Of a stretch of 64,000 nucleotides of DNA, positions 9,036 through 18,749 are shown in pieces. The notes under the pieces were generated by a model that did not search any database, was not told the DNA's origin, and saw nothing but the letters and a program-made list of their open reading frames with translations. Source of the stretch: Candidatus Latescibacterota bacterium (GTDB taxonomy: Bacteria > Latescibacterota > UBA2968 > UBA8231); NCBI GenBank assembly GCA_965217585.1, contig OZ244561.1, forward strand, positions 6,400,001 to 6,464,000, written 5' to 3'. Position 1 is the first letter of the stretch. Every line of letters starts with the position of its first letter. The position numbers were made by a program, and so were the translations under genes.

Positions 9036-11105
9036 ATGAATAAACTCGAACATGAAATAGGTGGACGGACTCTGTCGATCGAAACGGGCAGAATCGCCAA
9101 ACAAGCCAACGGGGCCGTGTGGCTGCAATACGGGGAGACCGTAGTGCTCGTCACAGCCTGTCGGACCAGCACCCCGGAGGACCGGGGCTTTTTGCCCTTG
9201 ATCGTCGATTACCGGGAAAAGGCCTACGCTGGCGGCAAGATACCGGGCAACATCTTCAAGCGCGAAGGGCGCCCCTCTGAAAAGGAGACCCTGAGTGCCC
9301 GGTTAATAGATCACCCCATTCGGCCGATGTTTCCCAAGAAGTTCCCCTATGAAATCCAAGTCTATGTTTCGGTGTTTTCGTACGACGGAGAAAACGACGC
9401 CGATGTCTTGGGTTTGCTCGGGGCCTCGGCAGCCCTGAGCATCTCCGACATTCCCTTTGCTGGCCCCATGGGGGCCGTGCGGGTCGGTCGGATCAACGGC
9501 GAGTTCGTCGCCAATCCGACCCTCTCCGAGCTAGATGATTCCGACCTCGAAATCATAGTCTGCGGCACGGCCGATTCCATCGTCAGCGTCGAAGGGGGTG
9601 CCCACGAAATTGCCGAGCAAGATCTGGTGGATGCGTTGGCCTTTGGCCACGAGTGCATCGCCGAGTTGGTCGAGCTACAGGAGCGGCTGGTCGCCGAAGC
9701 CGGCAAGGAGAAGATCGCCCTCGAGATCGAGGAAGCCGATCCCGAGCTGGTCCATGCCGTTGCCGAACTGGCGCAAGAGCGGATCGCAGAGGCCAACAGA
9801 AACCCGCTCAAAGAAGAGCGGCAGGAGCGCATTGACGCGATTAATGCCGATGTCTTGGAGGGCTTGGCCGAGCGCTTCCCAGACGCGGAAAAGTTCATCA
9901 AGGCCGAGCTGGAGGCGCTGCTCAAGGCCGACATGCGCACCATGATCCTCCAGGATAAGCGGCGCATCGACGGCCGCGCGCTCGACGCCGTGCGCGCCGT
10001 CACCTGCGAGAGCACCGTGCTGCCGCGCACCCACGGCTCGGCGCTTTTTACGCGCGGACAGACGCAAGCGCTCTGCGTGGCGACGCTGGGCACCAAGCTC
10101 GACGAGCGCATGGCCGACGACCTGCAGGGCAAGCGGTTTAAGTCCTATTACTTGGATTACAACTTTCCCCCGTATTCGGTCGGCGAAGTGCGCTTTGAGC
10201 GCGGTCCGGGGCGACGGGACATCGGCCACGGCCATCTGGCCGAGCGCGCCCTAGAGCCGGTTATCCCATCGGTCGAATCCTTTCCCTATACGATTCGGTT
10301 GGTGTCCGATATTACCGAGTCGAGCAGCTCTAGCTCCATGGCCACGGTGTGTGGCTGCTCCCTCGCCTTGATGGACGCTGGAATTCCCGTCAAAACCGCA
10401 GTGTGCGGTACGGGCGTGGGCTTAGTCAAGGAAGGGGACCAGTACGAGCTGCTAACCGACATCCGCGACGCCGAAGATTTTCTCGGCGACATGGACCTCA
10501 AAGTCGCCGGCACCAAGGACGGGATTACCGCGATCCAGATGGACATCAAGATCCAAGGCTTGCAGCTAGACATTCTCAGGGAGGCCCTCGATCGCGCCAA
10601 GGAGGGCCGTGACAAGGTCTTGGCCCTTATGAACGAATGTCTGAGCGCGGCGCGTCCCGAACTCTCGCGCTGGGCACCGCGCATTGAGTTTATCAAGATC
10701 GACCAGAGCAAAATCGGCGCAGTCATCGGCCCGGGTGGCAAGACCATCCGCGAAATCGAAAAGACCGGTGCCACGGTCAATGTCGATGAAGACGGTACGA
10801 TTACCATTGCCTCGGTTGAAGCCGGCCCAGCCGAAGAGGCGCGGCGCATGATTGAGGGAATCACCGCCGACGCCGAGGTAGGCAGGGAATACGACGGGGT
10901 GGTCAAGCGGGTCATGCCCTTTGGGGCCTTCGTCGAGATCCTGCCCGGCAAGGAGGGCCTGTTGCACATCTCCGAGTTGGCGCATCGGCGCGTGGACAAG
11001 GTCGAGGACGTCGTTGGACAAGGGGACAAAATCGCCGTCAAGGTCCTCGAAATCGACACCGGCGGCAAGATGCGGCTCAGCCACAAGGCCCTACTAAAGA
11101 AGTAA
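9036..11105 (+). CDS. pnp: Polyribonucleotide nucleotidyltransferase (PNPase)
   Basis: Two RNase PH domains (GSALFTRGQTQ, IGHG, GDMDLKVAGT) plus KH and S1; follows rpsO. Confidence 0.97.
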   Translation: MNKLEHEIGGRTLSIETGRIAKQANGAVWLQYGETVVLVTACRTSTPEDRGFLPLIVDYREKAYAGGKIPGNIFKREGRPSEKETLSARLIDHPIRPMFPKKFPYEIQVYVSVFSYDGENDADVLGLLGASAALSISDIPFAGPMGAVRVGRINGEFVANPTLSELDDSDLEIIVCGTADSIVSVEGGAHEIAEQDLVDALAFGHECIAELVELQERLVAEAGKEKIALEIEEADPELVHAVAELAQERIAEANRNPLKEERQERIDAINADVLEGLAERFPDAEKFIKAELEALLKADMRTMILQDKRRIDGRALDAVRAVTCESTVLPRTHGSALFTRGQTQALCVATLGTKLDERMADDLQGKRFKSYYLDYNFPPYSVGEVRFERGPGRRDIGHGHLAERALEPVIPSVESFPYTIRLVSDITESSSSSSMATVCGCSLALMDAGIPVKTAVCGTGVGLVKEGDQYELLTDIRDAEDFLGDMDLKVAGTKDGITAIQMDIKIQGLQLDILREALDRAKEGRDKVLALMNECLSAARPELSRWAPRIEFIKIDQSKIGAVIGPGGKTIREIEKTGATVNVDEDGTITIASVEAGPAEEARRMIEGITADAEVGREYDGVVKRVMPFGAFVEILPGKEGLLHISELAHRRVDKVEDVVGQGDKIAVKVLEIDTGGKMRLSHKALLKK

Positions 11106-11130
11106 GGACGGTCTTGAGCCACAGAATGAG

Positions 11131-11164
11131 AAGGCTATCGAGGCTATCTCGATAGTCTTTTCTT
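11131..11164 (+). terminator. Intrinsic terminator after pnp
   Basis: AAGGCTATCGAG-gctat-CTCGATAGTCTT stem followed by a T-rich tail. Confidence 0.75.
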
Positions 11165-11176
11165 ATTATATGGTAT

Positions 11177-12481
11177 ATGGATGAGCAAATGGAGTCGATT
11201 CAGGTGGCTGATATCGGCCGCTATGAGGGCCGAGAAGTGGTGCTGCGAGGTTGGTTGTACAACAAGCGATCGAGTGGCAAGCTGCATTTTCTGCAGCTAC
11301 GCGACGGCAGTGGTGTGGTGCAATGCGTTGTTTTTAAAGGGGATGTCGAGGCCGAGTTGTTCGAGCGCTGCGATCACTTGCCGCAAGAATCTTCGCTCGT
11401 AGTCCGCGGTCAAGTGCGGCGGGAGGCGCGCTCACCCATCGGCTATGAGGTGGGAGTCCGCCACCTCGAAGTCGTGCAGGAGGCCGAGCCATATCCCATC
11501 ACACCTAAGGAACATGGGGTGTCCTTTCTCCTAGACCACCGCCACTTGTGGCTGCGGTCTATGCGGCCTGGGGCCATCCTCAAGATCCGCAGCGAAATCT
11601 GCAAGGCTTGCCGCGACTTTATGGAAGAGCGCGACTTTGTCCTCGTGGATGCGCCGATTTTTACACCCGCGGCCTGCGAAGGGACCTCGACTCTGTTCGA
11701 AACCGCGTATTTCGACGACACGGCTTATTTGACCCAGAGCGGTCAGCTTTATATGGAAGCGGCCGCTATGGCCTTGGGTAAGGTCTATTGTTTTGGGCCG
11801 ACGTTCCGCGCTGAAAAGTCCAAGACCCGTCGGCACCTGACCGAGTTCTGGATGATCGAGCCGGAGATGGCGTATTGCGATCTAGAGGGTGCCATGGCCT
11901 TGGCCGAGGACATGGTCTTGTACGTACTCGACCGCGTGCTCGACCGCCGCCGCGAAGAGCTAAAGCTGCTCGACCGAGATACCGCCAAGCTGGAACGGGT
12001 CAGCCGGCCCTTTCCGCGCATGACCTACGGTGAGGCTACCGAGCGCTTGACAGCCCTCGGTAGCGACATCGCATGGGGGAGCGATCTGGGTGGGGACGAC
12101 GAAACCGTCCTCACCTCCGAGTTCGAATCGCCAGTTTTCGTCCACCGCTATCCCAGCGCGGTCAAAGCATTCTACATGAAGGAAGATGCCCAAGACCACC
12201 GTTTAGCCCTGTGCATGGACCTGTTGGCACCCGAAGGATACGGGGAAATCATCGGGGGCGGGCAACGCGAAGACGATCTGGCCGTCTTGCAGCACAAGAT
12301 CGCCACGCATCAATTGCCCCAAGAAGCCTTTAGCTGGTATCTCGACTTGCGGCGCTACGGCTCGGTTGAGCACGCCGGCTTTGGCATGGGAATCGAGCGG
12401 GTGGTCGCTTGGTTGTGCGGCGCCAAGCACGTGCGCGAGACCATTCCATTTCCGCGCATGATGCAGCGCCTCTATCCATAA
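11177..12481 (+). CDS. asnS: Asparagine--tRNA ligase
   Basis: OB fold, [48 protein letters not shown]. Confidence 0.95.
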   Translation: MDEQMESIQVADIGRYEGREVVLRGWLYNKRSSGKLHFLQLRDGSGVVQCVVFKGDVEAELFERCDHLPQESSLVVRGQVRREARSPIGYEVGVRHLEVVQEAEPYPITPKEHGVSFLLDHRHLWLRSMRPGAILKIRSEICKACRDFMEERDFVLVDAPIFTPAACEGTSTLFETAYFDDTAYLTQSGQLYMEAAAMALGKVYCFGPTFRAEKSKTRRHLTEFWMIEPEMAYCDLEGAMALAEDMVLYVLDRVLDRRREELKLLDRDTAKLERVSRPFPRMTYGEATERLTALGSDIAWGSDLGGDDETVLTSEFESPVFVHRYPSAVKAFYMKEDAQDHRLALCMDLLAPEGYGEIIGGGQREDDLAVLQHKIATHQLPQEAFSWYLDLRRYGSVEHAGFGMGIERVVAWLCGAKHVRETIPFPRMMQRLYP

Positions 12482-12509
12482 ATGTCTTATAAGGATTTTT
12501 ATGTCAACC
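12482..12509 (+). repeat. dif-like 11-6-11 site, copy 1 (closest to canonical dif)
   Basis: ATGTCTTATAA-GGATTT-TTATGTCAACC; compare E. coli GGTGCGCATAA-TGTATA-TTATGTTAAAT and B. subtilis ACTTCCTAGAA-TATATA-TTATGTAAACT; begins right after the asnS stop and overlaps the leuS ATG. Confidence 0.65.
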
Positions 12510-15407
12510 GAAACAAAAAAAGGCCAATACAACTTCCAAACCATCGAAACCAAATGGCGATCCTGTTGGGAACAGGAGAAGACCTATCAAACGCTGGGAC
12601 CGGGGGATCCCGGTTTCGATGGCAGCAAACCCAAGTGCTACATCCTCGATATGTTTCCCTATCCAAGCGGCGCGGGGTTGCACATCGGCCATCCCAAAGG
12701 GTATATCGCCAGCGACATCTACAGCCGCTACAAAAGGATGCAGGGATTTAACGTCCTGCATCCGATGGGGTTCGACAGTTTCGGGTTACCGGCCGAGCAA
12801 TACGCTATCGAACACAACATTCATCCAGCGACCGTTACCGAGCAGAATATCGATGCAATGCGCGGCCAATTGCAGTTTCTCGGGCTGTCGTTTGACTGGG
12901 CCCGCGAAGTGGTCACGTCGCGGGCGTCGTACTACCGCTGGACCCAGTGGATTTTTGTCCAGCTATTCGATAGCTATTTCGACGCAGACGATATCTGGGA
13001 AGACAGCAATGGACGCCAAATAAAGGGGCGGGCCAAGTCCATCGCCGATTTAGAGGCCCAATTTGCTGCTGGCAGGGCGTTGTCGGCAGCAGATCGCCAA
13101 AGTCTTGGCACCGACGCGGCCTGGTCCGCACTAACCGCGGCTGAGCGGCAAGCTGTGCTGAACAACTACCGGCTGGCGTACCAGCAAGAAGCCGTCGTCA
13201 ACTGGTGCCCTGGCTTGGGTACTGTGTTGGCCAACGAGGAGGTGACTAGCGAAGGCCGCAGCGAGCGGGGCGATTTCCCTGTGTATCGCAAACCGTTGCG
13301 GCAGTGGACGATGCGCATAACAGCCTATGCCGAGCGGCTCTTAGAGGATTTGGACTTCGAGCTGGAGGACCGCAATGGTGAGCCTTTCCGGCTCGATTGG
13401 CCAGAACCCATCAAGCGGATGCAGCGCAACTGGATCGGCCGCAGCGAAGGGGCCGAAGTGTGCTTCGATGTTCTCAATCCGCAAAGCGACGCGGTCGCCG
13501 AGCAGTTACCCGTGTTCACGACCCGGCCCGACACGCTTTTTGGGGCGACCTTTATGGCCATTGCCCCTCAGCATCCGCTGGTGGATTCCGCCAAGGAATC
13601 CTATTTGGTCCCTAGTGATTGGCCCGACGGGACGCCTGAGCAGTGGAAGGGGAGAGGGGGTTCTATCCGGGAAGCCGTAGAACATTACGTAGTTGGGGCT
13701 GCTCTCTCCACTGCGGATGAGACCAAGGAGAAAACGGGCATCTTTTCCGGCATCTACGCCCGTAATCCAGTCAATGGACAGAAAATTCCAATTTTCGTCG
13801 CCGATTACGTCAGCATGGACTACGGCGCGGGAGCCATTATGTCCGTGCCGGCCCATGACGAGCGCGATTTCGCCTTCGCCACGGCTTATAACTTGGATAT
13901 TGTGCGGGTGGTTGATGGAGGCGAAGGGGAGTCCACAGGATGGTATGCGGGGGAGGGGACCGCGATCAATTCGCCTTCAGTACTGAAGGCGGACAACGCG
14001 CCGGCCACCGGCGATAATCCATACGCCATCACTGGGTTGGCAACGGCCGCGGCCAAAGCCCAGATCGTCGCTGCCCTCGCTGCCCAAGGACGAGGCCAAG
14101 CTGCGGTAAACTACAAACTGCGCGACTGGACCTTCGCTCGGCAGCGCTATTGGGGAGAACCTTTTCCACTGGCTACGCATCCCGATGGATATTCCATCGA
14201 GGTCCCGCCTCCGGTGGAGCTGCCGGATCTAGAGGATTTCAGGCCAGAGACCTCCGACGATCCCACCCAACCCGTTTCGCCGCCACTGCACCGGGCCGGA
14301 GCGGAGTGGACAACGGTGGAAATTAACGGGGTGGCCTGCCAGCGCGAGCTCAACGTCATGCCCCAATGGGCTGGTTCTTGCTGGTACTATCTCCGCTTTA
14401 TCGATCCGCACAACGAAGAAGCCTTCTGCGACCCGGCCAAGGAAGGCTACTTCATGCCTGTTGATCTCTACATTGGCGGCGCGGAACACGCGGTGTTGCA
14501 CTTGCTCTACGCTCGGTTTTGGCACAAGGCCCTCTACGACCTGGACCACGTATCCACACCCGAGCCGTTTAAGAAGCTGTTCAACCAAGGCATGATGACC
14601 GCCGATGCCTTTCAGGACGATCGCGGCGTGTATATCGACATCCGCGAGGTCGAGTTCCGCGACGGGGAGCCTGTTGAGATGGGGACGGGAAAGATGCTGC
14701 GCCGGTCCTCCGGCAAGATGGGCAAACGCTACAAAAACGGATTGCCGCCCGAAGAAGTCGGCGAGGAATTTGGCGTGGATACTCTGCGGCTGTACGAAAT
14801 GTACATGGGGCCGCTCGAAGCGAGTGCGCCGTGGAGCATGGAAGGCATTCGCGGGATGCAGCGCTTCTTGCAGCGCGTTTGGCGCAACTTTGTCGATTCA
14901 GATCGACTCGTAAAAATAGGGGAGCGCGCTGCGTTGACGACGGATCTGGAACGCAAGCTGCACCAAACCATCCAAAAGGTAACCGATGACATAGAGGGGC
15001 TGCGGTTTAATACGGCCATTGCCGCCTTGATCGAGCTAAACAATCTGTTGGTGTCCTTAGAGGAAGTGCCGCAGGCCGTCGCCAAACCCTTCTTGATCCT
15101 GCTAGCACCCTTTGCTCCGCATATTGCCGAGGAGCTATGGGAAATGGCGGATTGGGGGACGGGAGACCTCAGTCACCAAAGCTGGCCGAAGTGGGATGTA
15201 GCTAAGGCCGCCGAGGACATGATCGTAGTGCCCATTCAGGTCAATGGCAAAATGCGCGGCCAAGTCGAAGTACCGGTCCGTACTGGAGAAGACAAGATAA
15301 AGTCCTTGGTGCTCGACATGGAGAGCATCCAGAAATACGTGGCCGATGAGACAGCGATAAAGCGATTTATCTGGGTGCCGAATAAGATCGTCAATATTGT
15401 GGTGTAG
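12501..15407 (+). CDS. leuS: Leucine--tRNA ligase
   Basis: MFPYPSGAGLHIGH, FTTRPDT editing domain, GGAEHAVLHLLYARFWHK, KMGKR (KMSKS variant). Confidence 0.97.
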   Translation: MSTETKKGQYNFQTIETKWRSCWEQEKTYQTLGPGDPGFDGSKPKCYILDMFPYPSGAGLHIGHPKGYIASDIYSRYKRMQGFNVLHPMGFDSFGLPAEQYAIEHNIHPATVTEQNIDAMRGQLQFLGLSFDWAREVVTSRASYYRWTQWIFVQLFDSYFDADDIWEDSNGRQIKGRAKSIADLEAQFAAGRALSAADRQSLGTDAAWSALTAAERQAVLNNYRLAYQQEAVVNWCPGLGTVLANEEVTSEGRSERGDFPVYRKPLRQWTMRITAYAERLLEDLDFELEDRNGEPFRLDWPEPIKRMQRNWIGRSEGAEVCFDVLNPQSDAVAEQLPVFTTRPDTLFGATFMAIAPQHPLVDSAKESYLVPSDWPDGTPEQWKGRGGSIREAVEHYVVGAALSTADETKEKTGIFSGIYARNPVNGQKIPIFVADYVSMDYGAGAIMSVPAHDERDFAFATAYNLDIVRVVDGGEGESTGWYAGEGTAINSPSVLKADNAPATGDNPYAITGLATAAAKAQIVAALAAQGRGQAAVNYKLRDWTFARQRYWGEPFPLATHPDGYSIEVPPPVELPDLEDFRPETSDDPTQPVSPPLHRAGAEWTTVEINGVACQRELNVMPQWAGSCWYYLRFIDPHNEEAFCDPAKEGYFMPVDLYIGGAEHAVLHLLYARFWHKALYDLDHVSTPEPFKKLFNQGMMTADAFQDDRGVYIDIREVEFRDGEPVEMGTGKMLRRSSGKMGKRYKNGLPPEEVGEEFGVDTLRLYEMYMGPLEASAPWSMEGIRGMQRFLQRVWRNFVDSDRLVKIGERAALTTDLERKLHQTIQKVTDDIEGLRFNTAIAALIELNNLLVSLEEVPQAVAKPFLILLAPFAPHIAEELWEMADWGTGDLSHQSWPKWDVAKAAEDMIVVPIQVNGKMRGQVEVPVRTGEDKIKSLVLDMESIQKYVADETAIKRFIWVPNKIVNIVV

Positions 15408-15454
15408 GAGTGCTAGGCTGCAATGGGACTTGATCGTTTCAATAGGAGAAAAAA

Positions 15455-15811
15455 ATGACTTGCTACTATACAAACAGATATAACGAACAATTCATACAAA
15501 TTGAACATTACCGACGATATCCTCAAATGATGCCGTTTGTCGGAAAAGAATATGAGGCAGGCGGCATACTTTTATTGTTAGAAAGCCACTATCTACCCGA
15601 GAGAAGTCGGGTTCATCTTGACGCAGATCATTGGTATAGCGGAAATTCGGATTCACTTAGCGAGGAAGAAAAGATATGGATACATACTAGAAATATAACC
15701 AACGATAAATTGCATTGGGAAGATGGAAGAGGATCCATAGGAAAAATAAATTTAGCATTGATAGAAGCGTTAGGGCAAGAAAGGGAAGAGAGGGATAATA
15801 TGTTTCAATAA
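15455..15811 (+). CDS. AT-rich hypothetical protein, probably a truncated foreign gene (UDG-like N-terminal motif)
   Basis: AGGAG RBS; visibly much lower GC than flanks; MPFVGKEY...LLLLESHY motif; stop abuts dif-like copy 2. Confidence 0.55.
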   Translation: MTCYYTNRYNEQFIQIEHYRRYPQMMPFVGKEYEAGGILLLLESHYLPERSRVHLDADHWYSGNSDSLSEEEKIWIHTRNITNDKLHWEDGRGSIGKINLALIEALGQEREERDNMFQ

Positions 15812-15839
15812 ATGTCTTATAATTTTTAATATGTAAATA
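15812..15839 (+). repeat. dif-like 11-6-11 site, copy 2
   Basis: ATGTCTTATAA-TTTTTA-ATATGTAAATA; both arms identical to copy 3; 15 bp from the recombinase stop. Confidence 0.7.
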
Positions 15840-15854
15840 AAAAAACAAAAATCC

Positions 15855-16829
15855 TCAACTACCAATCCCAATATAATCAGACGCATTATCGAGCAGCCTC
15901 TCGCGGTTTTCGTAGTAACGCATCGTCGTCTTTAGATCCTTGTGGCGCAAATGGGCTTGCACTTGCTGAGGTTTAGCTCCGCCTTCAATCGCCAGAGTGC
16001 AGCACGTGTGGCGGAACATGTGCGCGGTGACGTTTTGCGGAAGGCCGGCGCGCAGGGCGTACTTCTTGACGATGTGATTTACCGATTGATCGGTCAGCGG
16101 CTGGCCGCGCGAATGGTTGCGCGACAGGCTGATGAAGACCTTGCCGGTCGTCGGCCAGCCCGCCACCTGTAGTTGTTGTTTGTATAGTTCGAGATGATGT
16201 AGGACGACGCTTTGTAGTTTGATCTCCTGCGCCACGCCCGATTTAGTCTGGGGCAGGTGCAGGATGTAAAAGACGCCCTCCAAGGATATATCCTCCCAGG
16301 CGACGCCCGCCACTTCGGAGCGGCGCAGCCCGCCGAAAGTGAGCAACTGAAAGATGGCCGCATCCCGCGTGCGGACCAAGTCGTCTTTTTCCTCGGCAAT
16401 AGCTTGCTGCATCTTGCGCAGCACCTCATTGGAAAGCGCTTTGCCGGCCAGTGTTTCGTCCACCTTGTAGCCACGCACCAAGGTGGAGTCGGCGGGATTC
16501 TTCTCGATGTGGCCTAGGGCCACCAACATCTTGAACAACGATTTCAGGCTGGACAATTTTCTGTTGATGCTGCTGCGCTTGTAGCCTTCGCCGGCGAGCT
16601 GATTTCTAAAGGCGACCACATGCTCAAAGGTGATTGACTGTAAGACGGCGAGGGAGACGTCATTTAGCTCTAGGCCGATGGATAAAAAGAAATGCTGGAG
16701 ATCGGCGTAATAAGCGCGCCGGGTGCGCTCGCTAAGCTGGCCGCTGAGAAATTGTTCCAAGGGATCGTCCGACACCAACGCTGGTGTTGGCGTCAGCCTG
16801 CGGACGACCGGATTGAGTGTTTCGCTCAT
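15855..16829 (-). CDS. Tyrosine recombinase (Xer/integrase family)
   Basis: SAM-like N-domain (SERTRRAYYADL, SSINRKLSSLKSLF); intact catalytic residues GLRRSE, TKSG, HMFRH, LRHKDLKTTMRY. Confidence 0.93.
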   Translation of the reverse strand: MSETLNPVVRRLTPTPALVSDDPLEQFLSGQLSERTRRAYYADLQHFFLSIGLELNDVSLAVLQSITFEHVVAFRNQLAGEGYKRSSINRKLSSLKSLFKMLVALGHIEKNPADSTLVRGYKVDETLAGKALSNEVLRKMQQAIAEEKDDLVRTRDAAIFQLLTFGGLRRSEVAGVAWEDISLEGVFYILHLPQTKSGVAQEIKLQSVVLHHLELYKQQLQVAGWPTTGKVFISLSRNHSRGQPLTDQSVNHIVKKYALRAGLPQNVTAHMFRHTCCTLAIEGGAKPQQVQAHLRHKDLKTTMRYYENRERLLDNASDYIGIGS

Positions 16830-16926
16830 AAATACTCGCTGGGGCTTAATTGGTATCTAATGTCCCAAATATAGCGAACATCGCGACATTTTGCCGCTGC
16901 ATATCACATGGGATTCGCCTAGTTTT

Positions 16927-16960
16927 TATACTATTGATAATGCCTGTTATCGTTAGTATA
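16927..16960. repeat. Symmetric tyrosine-recombinase core-like site upstream of the recombinase
   Basis: TATACTATTGATAA-TGCCTG-TTATCGTTAGTATA: 14-bp inverted arms (12/14 match) with a 6-bp spacer. Confidence 0.65.
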
Positions 16961-16979
16961 ATGACCAAAATTGAAGAAA

Positions 16980-18743
16980 CTAGAATTTTCGCAATAAACG
17001 CTCCATATCGCTCAATTTCATCCTCGCCATAATCGGCTTGTCCGTCGGGCTTATGTGCGGCGAGTCAACCTTTAGCAATTCGTTGATTAAGTGCGCCATT
17101 TCCTCGGCGTTCAGTTTCTGCCCCTTCTTGATGCTCGCTTTACGCACGTAAGCCAAGACGAGTGCTTCGCGCCAAGATCGGCCCGAATGCTGGCCATCCC
17201 GCACGTCGTTCAATAGCTGATAAAAAACATCGCCTTCGCCCCAGCGATCCAATTCGGCGGGAACAGCTTCCACTAGCACCGTCCGCGCGCCAAAATCCCG
17301 CACCACAAAGCCCAGCTTGGCAATGTCAGCCCGCACTTGGTTGAAGACCGCAAAATCCGCTGCGCCCATCTCTAGCTGTATGGGAAAGAGCAATTGCTGG
17401 CTTGTCTCGCCAAGGCGAGGTGAAGCGCTGGCCACGCCGTCCATTTGCGCCATAGCCCGATCGTAGTTGATGCGCTCGTGCGCGGCCTGCTGATCGACGA
17501 AGAGCAAGCCATCGGCTACCTCGACGAGGATGTACTGGTTGTGGACCTGCCACATCGCGGCGTCTTCGGCTAAGGCGACTTTGGCCGCGGCTGGTGCGAC
17601 GAAGGCCATCGCGAGTTGGTCATCTGCATCATGGGTTGTTGTCTCGGCCGCTCCGGGCGCAGGCAAGCTGTGCAACACCGGCGACGTCGGTTCGCCCACC
17701 CGGACCGAGACCGGCGCGACGCCCGCAGCACTGCTGTCATAGACAAAGGATTGCGTATCGGGCAGCCTGAGCTTCTGCCGGACGCTGTTCTCTATGGCCG
17801 CGATGACCTGCCCTTCGTTGGCCAAGCGAATCTCCCGTTTTGTCGGATGGACGTTGACGTCGATTTTCTTGGGATCCATATCGATCCAGAGCATGAATAC
17901 CGGATGATGCCCATCGGGCAGCAGTCCCCCAAAGCAGCGCTGTACAGCACTGGCCATGAGCCGCGAATAAATGGGCCGCCCCTGAACGATGAGGTACTGC
18001 TTGCCTTTGCTCCGACCGCAGTGTTCGGGGCCAGCCAAGACCCCTTCGATTTTGAGGCCCTCCTCCTCGTGAGCGAGATCCAACAGTTCGGCGGCTGGAA
18101 TGCCCAACAACTCGGCCGCCCGTTCCCGACGAGATGCCGGCGTGTAGCTCAATACCTTGCGATCTTGGTGCTCTAGTTCAAAGCTGAGGGCCGGGTAGCT
18201 GGCGGCTAAATGGATGATGGTCTGTGCCACATGGCGGGCTTCCGTATCGACGGGCCGCAGGAACTTACGCCGCGCCGGCGTATTAAAAAACAGGTTCCTC
18301 ACCACGATGGTCGTGCCGCGTGCTCGACCCATACTGTGCATCTCTCGCTCTATCCCCCCTTCCACGACCAAGCGCGTCCCGGCTTCGTCTTGCTGCGCGC
18401 GCGATTCTATCGCCAAGTGAGCTACCGCCCCAATACTGGCTAGGGCCTCGCCGCGAAACCCCAGCGTCTGAATGTGAAATAGGTCGGCCACCGAGGCCAT
18501 CTTGCTCGTGGCATGACGGCGCACGCACAAAGCAATATCCTCTCTGTTCATGCCCGAGCCATCGTCGGTCACGACAATCGACTGCTTGCCGCCGGCCTTG
18601 ATTTCCACGCGGATCTTAGTGGCACCCGCATCGATCGAGTTTTCGACCAATTCCTTCACGACCGAGGCCGGCCGTTCCACTACCTCACCGGCGGCGATTT
18701 TTCCAATGAGACTTTCGTCGAGAACGCGAATGGTACTCGCCAT
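16980..18743 (-). CDS. mutL: DNA mismatch repair protein MutL
   Basis: IAAGEVVERPASVVKELVENSIDA, TLGFRGEALASI, DVNVHPTK, DQQAAHERI. Confidence 0.97.
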   Translation of the reverse strand: MASTIRVLDESLIGKIAAGEVVERPASVVKELVENSIDAGATKIRVEIKAGGKQSIVVTDDGSGMNREDIALCVRRHATSKMASVADLFHIQTLGFRGEALASIGAVAHLAIESRAQQDEAGTRLVVEGGIEREMHSMGRARGTTIVVRNLFFNTPARRKFLRPVDTEARHVAQTIIHLAASYPALSFELEHQDRKVLSYTPASRRERAAELLGIPAAELLDLAHEEEGLKIEGVLAGPEHCGRSKGKQYLIVQGRPIYSRLMASAVQRCFGGLLPDGHHPVFMLWIDMDPKKIDVNVHPTKREIRLANEGQVIAAIENSVRQKLRLPDTQSFVYDSSAAGVAPVSVRVGEPTSPVLHSLPAPGAAETTTHDADDQLAMAFVAPAAAKVALAEDAAMWQVHNQYILVEVADGLLFVDQQAAHERINYDRAMAQMDGVASASPRLGETSQQLLFPIQLEMGAADFAVFNQVRADIAKLGFVVRDFGARTVLVEAVPAELDRWGEGDVFYQLLNDVRDGQHSGRSWREALVLAYVRKASIKKGQKLNAEEMAHLINELLKVDSPHISPTDKPIMARMKLSDMERLLRKF

Positions 18744-18749
18744 ATATCC

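Noticed and set aside
11158-11185. Possible sixth dif-like copy TTTTCTTATTA-TATGGT-ATATGGATGAG at the asnS start
   Set aside because: The right arm matches only about 6/11 and the left arm is explained by the terminator T-tail; too degenerate to count.
14715-14729. LeuRS KMGKR instead of KMSKS
   Set aside because: KMGKS-type variants are known in LeuRS and the catalytic Lys is kept; minor.
15855-16829. Prophage or genomic island anchored by the integrase
   Set aside because: No phage, conjugation or transposase genes; flanks are leuS and mutL; no tRNA att duplication seen.
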